Positions 56,336 through 64,000 of a stretch of 64,000 nt of DNA are shown in pieces. The notes under the pieces were generated by a model. It searched no databases, was not told the origin of the DNA, and saw only the letters and a list, made by a program, of their open reading frames with translations. Made by a program: the position numbers and the translations under genes. Source of the stretch: Eledone cirrhosa (Eukaryota). Each line of letters starts with the position of its first letter. Within the stretch, counting starts at the first letter, position 1. The DNA lies in assembly GCA_964016885.1 (NCBI GenBank), contig OZ024754.1:37200001-37264000 (forward strand). Direction: 5' to 3'.

Positions 56336-56369
<34 letters not shown>

Positions 56370-56371
56370 AT

Positions 56372-56635
56372 AGTTATATAATAAACAACATAAGATAATT
56401 ATTTCATTTACCAGTGGTTTCTTGAAGGCAGATATTTATATCTGCCTTCAGTCGTCAGAATGAATAAATAACATATTCATTCTGACGACTGAAGACAGAT
56501 ATAAATATCTGCCTTCAAGAAACCATTGGTAAATGAAATAATTATCTTATGTTGTTTATTACATAACTAATAAGCTCCCGTAGCCTACATCGAGCATTCT
56601 CTTTTCCTGTACCTTTCCTACGGAAATACTTCATT
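56372..56635. mobile_element. PLE-like hairpin with HHRs at 56403-56465 (minus) and 56476-56537 (plus); family of 29953-30212
   Basis: ttcatt-CTGACGA-ctgaag(g/a)cagatat.aa.atatctgccttcaa-GAAA-ccattgg-TA-aatgaa. Confidence 0.82.
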
Positions 56636-56680
56636 TATATATATATATATAGGATAACAAGGTATCGTTTAAGGTAATCC

Positions 56681-56712
<32 letters not shown>

Positions 56713-56714
56713 AT

Positions 56715-57270
56715 ATTAAAGTTTAAGCAAAGAATCGCTGCTTTCACCCTTAACGGGATCTTCTGAAACTAACAAAGTCAATCTGTGAACGCAGAAGTAA
56801 ATATTTCAAAAAACGTTACAACCGGAGGAAGACAGGAAGACGATACTTTCGTTCGATACTTATCGAGCCCTCTTTGGATTTTAGTCTTCAAATTTATTAT
56901 TATTACTATTTGGCTCCCTCGGTTGAGCACTCTATTGACTTATATTCATCATGCAGAAACAACATCTGAATATTTCTATAAAGAACATACCCGCACCAAG
57001 CAGGAAAACATACCTAAAACTCATGCACGAACCAAAGTATCGTCTTCATGTCTTCCTCCGGTTGCAACGTTTTTTGAAATATTCACTTCTGCGTTCACAG
57101 ATTGACTTTGTTAGTTTCAGAAGATCCCGTTAAGGGTGAAAGCAGCAATTCTTTGCTTAAACTTTAATCTGTTATTTTAATAAATATTTGCTCTACGGTT
57201 CTTATATATTTGATATATATTTATCCTTATCGAGCCCTCTTTGGATTTTAGTCTTCAAATTTATTATTAT

Positions 57271-57275
<5 letters not shown>
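56715..57275 (+). mobile_element. Family D non-autonomous PLE-like element: inverted 5' arm plus partial tandem (367-bp period); variant HHRs at 57113-57163 (plus) and 56720-56770 (minus)
   Basis: tatcgagccctctttggattttagtcttc at 56861 and 57228; agttt-CAGAAGA-tccc.gttaa.gggt-GAAA-gcag...ttgc-TT-aaact. Confidence 0.72.
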
Positions 57276-57307
<32 letters not shown>

Positions 57308-57542
57308 ATAACAAGGTATCGTTTAAGGTAATCGAACTAGAGGTTGTGAGTACTCTGTGTTGAGGATAGTTTTAACGTACGGCGTTGTTTGACTTAACAA
57401 GAAGTTTCCTTTGTCAGGTGACCAGTTTAATAAAGTTCCTAGGCAGGCGATTCTTGGAGTAATAATAGTAAAAGAATGAAGAATAACGTGGTCGGCTGTA
57501 CAAAAAGGGTTTATAAACCGACCATGTTATTCTACATTCTTT

Positions 57543-57596
<54 letters not shown>

Positions 57597-57632
57597 GGCT
57601 TGTATTGGCCGATAATACTTCTTGTTGTTTTA

Positions 57633-57677
57633 ATTGCCCTGATGAGTCCTTAATAGGACGAAACATTGTTGGCTAAT
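57633..57677 (+). ncRNA. Minimal type I HHR
   Basis: attgcc-CTGATGA-gtcct.taat.aggac-GAAA-cattg-TT-ggctaat, overlapping AATAAA. Confidence 0.8.
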
Positions 57678-57820
57678 AAAGACTTTTGATGTATTGAAGG
57701 CTTCTTTGTTTTACTTTCATAATTCTTCGGCTCTGTTTAATTACATTGAGCTATACCTTTTACTGTCATTTCTATAATACGAAGAGGGTGTTTAACTCCA
57801 ACACGCTCCAGTATTTTAAT

Positions 57821-57857
<37 letters not shown>

Positions 57858-58394
57858 AGTATTGAAGTTTCCGTTGAAAATTATATATATATGAATGTAC
57901 GTATTGTATATATATATGAATGTACGTATATATATATGAATGTACGTATTGTATATTTAATAACATACTATATGTTTATTTAAAAACAAATAAATCTACA
58001 CCATATTATTAAATAAACAATACGTACATTCATATATACATCGCTATTTCAGAGCTCCAACACAAATGCGTGCGTGTGTGTGTGTAATACATTCCAGAGC
58101 CCCAATTATCACAGGTATAAATCTAAATTCCTCATTAGTTCAGCAAAAATGTTCTACTTTTCGCTAATCTTTAGCACTGTATTGAAATCTAATGGCAGCT
58201 GATTGCCTCTACAGTGCATACTTTTTACTTCTCTTTCTCATATCATTAGATCTGGTCTGTTATGTTTGCATTATATCCTGCCGAGGTGAACTTCACCTTT
58301 CATCCTTACGGGGTCGATAAAATAAAGTACCAGTAATGTACTGGGTAATTGCTGGCCTTGTGCCATAAGTAGAAACGATATTATTAGGATTTTG

Positions 58395-59300
58395 ACTTGA
58401 ACATTCCACCATTATGTATGAATATTTCCTCCACATGTAACCTTTTGTACGGTTATTCACAGGATTGCATTTTATAGTGTTTTGGTCATTACATCGTGCT
58501 TCATAGGTAGATAGTACCCTGATGACATCTTTAAATAGCTGCTTATGATGAGGATGACATCTTCGATGTTTATTTCGCAGAGTCTGCATCTTTTGTCACA
58601 TCTAGGTGTTTTGCCTGCATCTTTATCTCTTTTCTGCATCAGGTATTTTGTTGTTGTTTCCTGTTCTTGGATTGCAAAAATATATCCGTCAAAGTGGGAT
58701 CCAATATACTTATCTATTATACTCTCACTTTGAAGCTTGATTTTATTTTGCTGATAATCATGAAGTTTTTCATCCATGGATTCTTGTAGTATTGCTGTGC
58801 AATTTCCCTGGTTGTGGGATTTCGGTTATCATGTAGGGAATATTTCTCAAGAATCTCCTTCCTTCCTCTCATGCTATTAACTGTCTTATGTAGATAGATT
58901 TTTCTTTAGATGGGCTTCTATGTTTAGTGGTGCGTAGATGTTGGAAGAATATGGTCAATGTCACTGTATGTATGCATGTTATCTTTTTCTCTTAATTTCG
59001 AGTATATTTTTTTGACCGGCCACCTTCCTGGTGGCAAGGTTGTAAAAGAAAAGAAATTGTCATCCCTTGAATCGCAAGAATGTTTTGCAAATTTTGAAGG
59101 TGCCAGCTATCGCAGCCATTTGTAGACTATGAATTAGGGAGCTTCGCTCTTTGTCCCCAAATCCAAGTTCAGTCATACTTTGGTCCAAGTGGGTTGGTAT
59201 ATAACACGTAGCTCCAATAATGATGGGTATGAAGCTAAAGGTGTATCTTGGATACTGGATTTGTAAACTCCTCATCAATGGTCCGTAGATGTCCTCCTTC
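58395..59300 (-). mobile_element. R4/Dong-clade (RLE) LINE fragments
   Basis: YIFAIQEQETTTKY...CRLC...EDV..IISS...YLPMKHD and YP.Y.FSFIPIIIGA...GTFKICKTFL; next to (TATG)n. Confidence 0.75.
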
Positions 59301-60244
59301 TTATGTATGTATGTATGTATGTATGTATGTATGTATGTATGTATGTCAGTATGTATGTCAGTATGTATGTATGTTCTTCTGGTTTTATAATTTCACAAAT
59401 GATTGCTAATAGAGAGAGTCGGTTATTTTAACATAGTTACAAGACTCTCTCATTGGAATTTACACAACATCAACTAGGTAGATATGTATGTCTACATGCA
59501 TGCATGTGTAGATATGGATGTTTTGAGTTGTATGTGTGCATGTGCTTATGCTTTGTATCTGTATAAGTGTATATGGAGTCATTCGATGTAGAATTTTTGG
59601 AATGTTTTACATATTTTTACTGTTCCATTAATGAATTGTACTTGTAATTTCCTAACTGTATGTATGTATGTATGTATGTATGTATGTATGTATGTATGTA
59701 TGTATGTATGTATGTATGTATGTATGTATGTATGCCGAGAGAGATGACCCCTTAGCCTTTGTCAAGGCAGAATTCTAGGAGAAGGAAAACTCTGATATAA
59801 CACCTGCAACCCTGATGGTATCCAATGATGTTGACTTGTTCTTCTTTTTGGTAAATATCATCTTGGTTAAGAGAGTGGGACTGGCTTTGTGCAGTGCCTT
59901 TGCTCACTATAAAAGCTTCACGGCACAGGCATTGCTTTATATCTGGAGATCTCTCTGCACTTGTCGTCACATGGTACCATGGGCCCAGCACTATGTGTCA
60001 ATAATTGTCACAAGTGTAGTGTTTGTACCAGAGTTTTCAAGTCGCTGGCTGGACTAAAAAGTCACACTCGTTCAGCGCATCGGTAGGGGTTCTCCTACAT
60101 GGATATAAAGTAGTGGCCGTACTCGAAAACGAGTTGGCAGCCACCATGTATGTATGTATCATCTGTGATGGCGTGTGCTACGTTGGAGTGTTGTCAGCGC
60201 CTGGGGGCGGGTGTCTTCGTCTTGCTTTTCTTGCTGGATTGAAA

Positions 60245-60322
<78 letters not shown>

Positions 60323-60591
60323 GCGTTCGGATCTACCTGTCGAAAGGGCCGGAGCTCAGCCGTCAGGGTCCTCATTCTTTTCCTATATATATATATATAT
60401 ATATGCAACGAAGGAAATGTGGTAAGGAACCAAGTGGACCATAACGCACCAAAGTACTCATAGCCGTCGAAACGGCTTGAGCTCAACCGTCGGGGTCTTA
60501 CTTGTTCTTACATATATATTTATTAAAATAACAGATTAAAGTTTAAGCAAAGAATCGCTGCTTTCACCCTTAACGGGATCTTATTATTATT

Positions 60592-60651
<60 letters not shown>

Positions 60652-60732
60652 ACAGTTATATTTAATTTGTTGGGATTCAACAAGCTTAAAAGTTTTATAA
60701 CTGATATAAAGCACTCAACAAGTGACTGGAGT

Positions 60733-61070
60733 AAATATTCAATATATTAATAAATGGAAACTATATTTATAAAACCATAATTATTTTATTATATATATTT
60801 CAAGGGCAACCAAGGCAAATTTTGGTGCGCTTTCATCAGATAAAATACAAAATTTGTTTTAGAAATGTTGATATACCCGCAGAAAAACAATCCAGTGAAC
60901 CTCCGACCGTCAAGGTTGTTTTTCTGCGGGTATGTCAACATTTATAAAACAAATTTTGTATTTTATCTGATGAAAGCGCACCAAAATTTGCCTTGGTTGC
61001 CCTTGAAATATATATAATAAAATAAATATGGTTTTATAAATATAGTTTCCATTTATTAATATATTGTATA
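60733..61070. mobile_element. PLE-like hairpin (~155-bp arms) with HHRs at 60782-60847 (minus) and 60959-61024 (plus)
   Basis: tattttat-CTGATGA-aagcgcaccaa...ttggttgccctt-GAAA-tatata-TA-ataaaata. Confidence 0.8.
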
Positions 61071-61296
61071 TTTTTTTTTTAGACGATCGACTTTCGTCAA
61101 ATCGGACCGAGGAAACAGTGTTTCCGTTGGTCTTTCCAATTGCTAATACTATCTATCGGTCGCAACTCCAGGTAGAAGGAGCAACGTGAAATAAAGTGTC
61201 TTGCTCAAGGACATAACGCATCGCCTGGTCCAGGAATCGAACTCACAACCTTACAATTTCGAATCCAATTCTCTAACCACTCAGCCACACGCCTTC
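61071..61296 (-). mobile_element. SINE with S2 head and structured tail
   Basis: Reverse copy of 48426-48657. Confidence 0.8.
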
Positions 61297-61367
61297 GGAT
61301 TTTAGTCTTCACACTAATTATTACCGTCGAAACGGCTTGAGCTCTGCCGTCGGGGTTAAACATTTTC

Positions 61368-61369
<2 letters not shown>

Positions 61370-61442
<73 letters not shown>

Positions 61443-63105
61443 CGTTATTAGGGCCACGTTTGAGTCTTGGTGTACTCCTAGGTTCACCAAACAAGACTTT
61501 TCTCCAATCTTCTCCTTCTTTATAACTACACCACACTTCTTCCCTCGCTCTCCTCTTCTCTCCCTCACTCTTTCTTTTTCTCCCTCCCTATCATCGTTCT
61601 ACTTTCTATCACCCCCCCCCCCCCACCCCCACCCCCTCTCACCATTCCTCCAATCATCAACGCCTATATCACGTCTATATATGTTATGTCTAACTCTGTG
61701 AATATATACATATCGATATGTGTATACGTACGTGTGTGTGTATATGTATGTATGTGTATGTATGTATCTGTGTATATATGTATGTGCGTGTATGTATGTA
61801 TATGTGTGTGTGTGTGTGGATGTATCTGTGCGTGTATGTATGTGCGCGTCTGTATATGTATGTATCTATGTGTGTGTGTGTCTATGTATGTGTATGGATG
61901 TGTGTGTGTGTGTGCGTATGTATCTATGTGCGTGTAATTATGCATGTATGTATGTGTGTGTATATGTATGAGTGATTAACATCGATCCTTCGATGAGCAT
62001 TTCAGGAAAAAAAATGCAAAATATACTATGCAGTTACCAACCATATACGCATACAAAAACACGGGTATATATAAATATAAATATAAATATAAATATATAC
62101 ATATATATATACATATATATATATATATATTTATATTCATACACACACGCATATATATATATATTTGTGCGTGTGTGTGTATATATATATATGTATATAT
62201 ATACATACACACACATACATATTTATATATATATATTGTTTCTATTTCCCTGTGTGTGTTTATGTGTTTGTGTGTGTCTGTATGTGTATGTATGTGTGTC
62301 CGTGTACGTGTGTGTCTCTGTGTGTGTGTGTTTGTGTGTGTGTCCATGCGTGTGTGTCTGTGTGTGTCTGTGTCTGTGTGTATGTGTGTTCACAAATGTA
62401 CTTCAACTAACTGCAGCACATATGTAAATATAAGTGACGGCAGAATATCAGGCAGGCCTACATACAGACACACATACACACACACACACACACACACATA
62501 GATACATACATACTGACACATACATACTGACACATACACACACATATATACATACATACTGACACATACACATACATATATACTGACACCCTCACACACA
62601 CACTCTTTCTCATATACACATATTCACACTCACTATATATATATATAAAAATTACTCTCTCTCTCTCTCTCATATATATATGAGAGAGAGAGAGAGAGAG
62701 TAATTTACATGGATAGATAGATTATTCTTTCTTTTATACATACACAATACCAGTCTCTCTCTCTCTCGCATACACACACACATTCACAGTTGTATATGTA
62801 TGTGTATGTATATATGTAAGTATATATATATATATATATACATGTGTAAGTGTGTATTTATATAGATATAGATAGATATATAGATATATAAGACAGAGAG
62901 CAAGAGAGAGAGAGAGCAAGTGAGAACAAGAGAGAGAGAGCAAGAGAGAGAGCAAGAGAGAGAGAGAGAGAGCAAGAGAGAGAGCAAGAGAGAGAGCGAG
63001 AGAGAGAGGAGAGATAGAGAGGAGATAGATAGATAGATAGATAGATAGAGAGGGAGAGATAGAGAGACAGAGAGAGAAAGAAATTGAGAGAGAGAGAGAG
63101 AGAGT
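61370..63105. repeat. Compound (GT)n/(TA)n/(GA)n microsatellite field
   Basis: Directly visible. Confidence 0.9.
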
Positions 63106-63300
63106 TCTGACTATTTCAACCATTAAGTCACGTTTGATAAGCCAAGCAGGTATGACCTGATTCTTTTCGCTGGCTTCATAACGGTTTCTCTATTGCTACC
63201 TCTACAACAGTTTCACCTGTATCTACAACACTGTTGCTACACATCATCAATGTAACATCTTGTCTTGCCTCCTACCACACCTTACTGTCATTATTACAGG

Positions 63301-63352
<52 letters not shown>

Positions 63353-64000
63353 TACGTTTCTACGAGACTACTACCAGTAATAAACTAGGTTAATCAATTC
63401 GCAATATATCAATGCTTTGGTATTCGGATTTTCTTCACGAACTTTCACCGACTGTTATCAGTTCCACCAGATCTGTCTTAACCCAACCGACATATATCTG
63501 AGGTATTCCAGAGGCATTACCTATTTTTTTCTGTAATATGTATCTAGGTATACAATTTTAAAAGTGCGTAGACTAGTGGTTAGCGTTTTAGACGCTTGGT
63601 CATAAGATTGTGGATTTGATTCCTTGACCGGGCAGCAAGGCCTTGTTTCAGTGGGGTACCAGCGGAAAAGTCCCCCCACCCTCATTTTTCAGGAACGGGG
63701 GACAAACTACCTTTTATTTTTTTTGTTTATTTGATATAATAAATTCTTTTAAAGTTTATTTTTTTATATCTGAACTTCATTTGAATATATAAAATTTAAT
63801 AAGTGTAAAATTCTACTTAAGTGATAGGGTCTGGGAAAGGCACCATAAGCAATACTAACATGATCCTTTAAGAATCAACAAATGTTGGTTTGTCCCCCTC
63901 ACATTTTAAAGGCAAACAAGGCCCCTGCCGTGCAGCATAATGTGTTCGTAAGCAAAAAACACTTGATGCTGCTTTTCATGATGAGATTGGGCCTCTTGTG

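Overview
This is eukaryotic, very AT-rich, repeat-dominated DNA, most likely a cephalopod (Octopus-like) intron or intergenic region; that assignment is inferred from the microsatellite load and SINE types. I found no credible host exon. Nearly all ORFs in the track come from (TA)n, (CA)n, (GA)n or (CAC)n tracts or from minisatellites. The recognisable coding fragments are decayed transposons: RTE, CR1-group, CRE and R4/Dong LINEs, and a Tc1 transposase. There are also many tRNA-derived SINEs and small MITEs. The main finding is an array at 27623-29867 of about 7.2 apparently identical 310-bp units. Each unit carries a complete type I hammerhead ribozyme (HHR) inside a highly base-paired monomer, which fits a non-LTR retrozyme or ribozyme-satellite predicted to yield a ~310-nt (circular) RNA. 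More than 20 further minimal HHR-like motifs occur in several families of short Penelope-like (PLE) fragments inserted in (TA)n. These are often arranged as head-to-head inverted hairpins, some have non-canonical cores, and several share a GAGYRC motif near the 3' end. All folds and alignments were done by eye, so boundaries are approximate.
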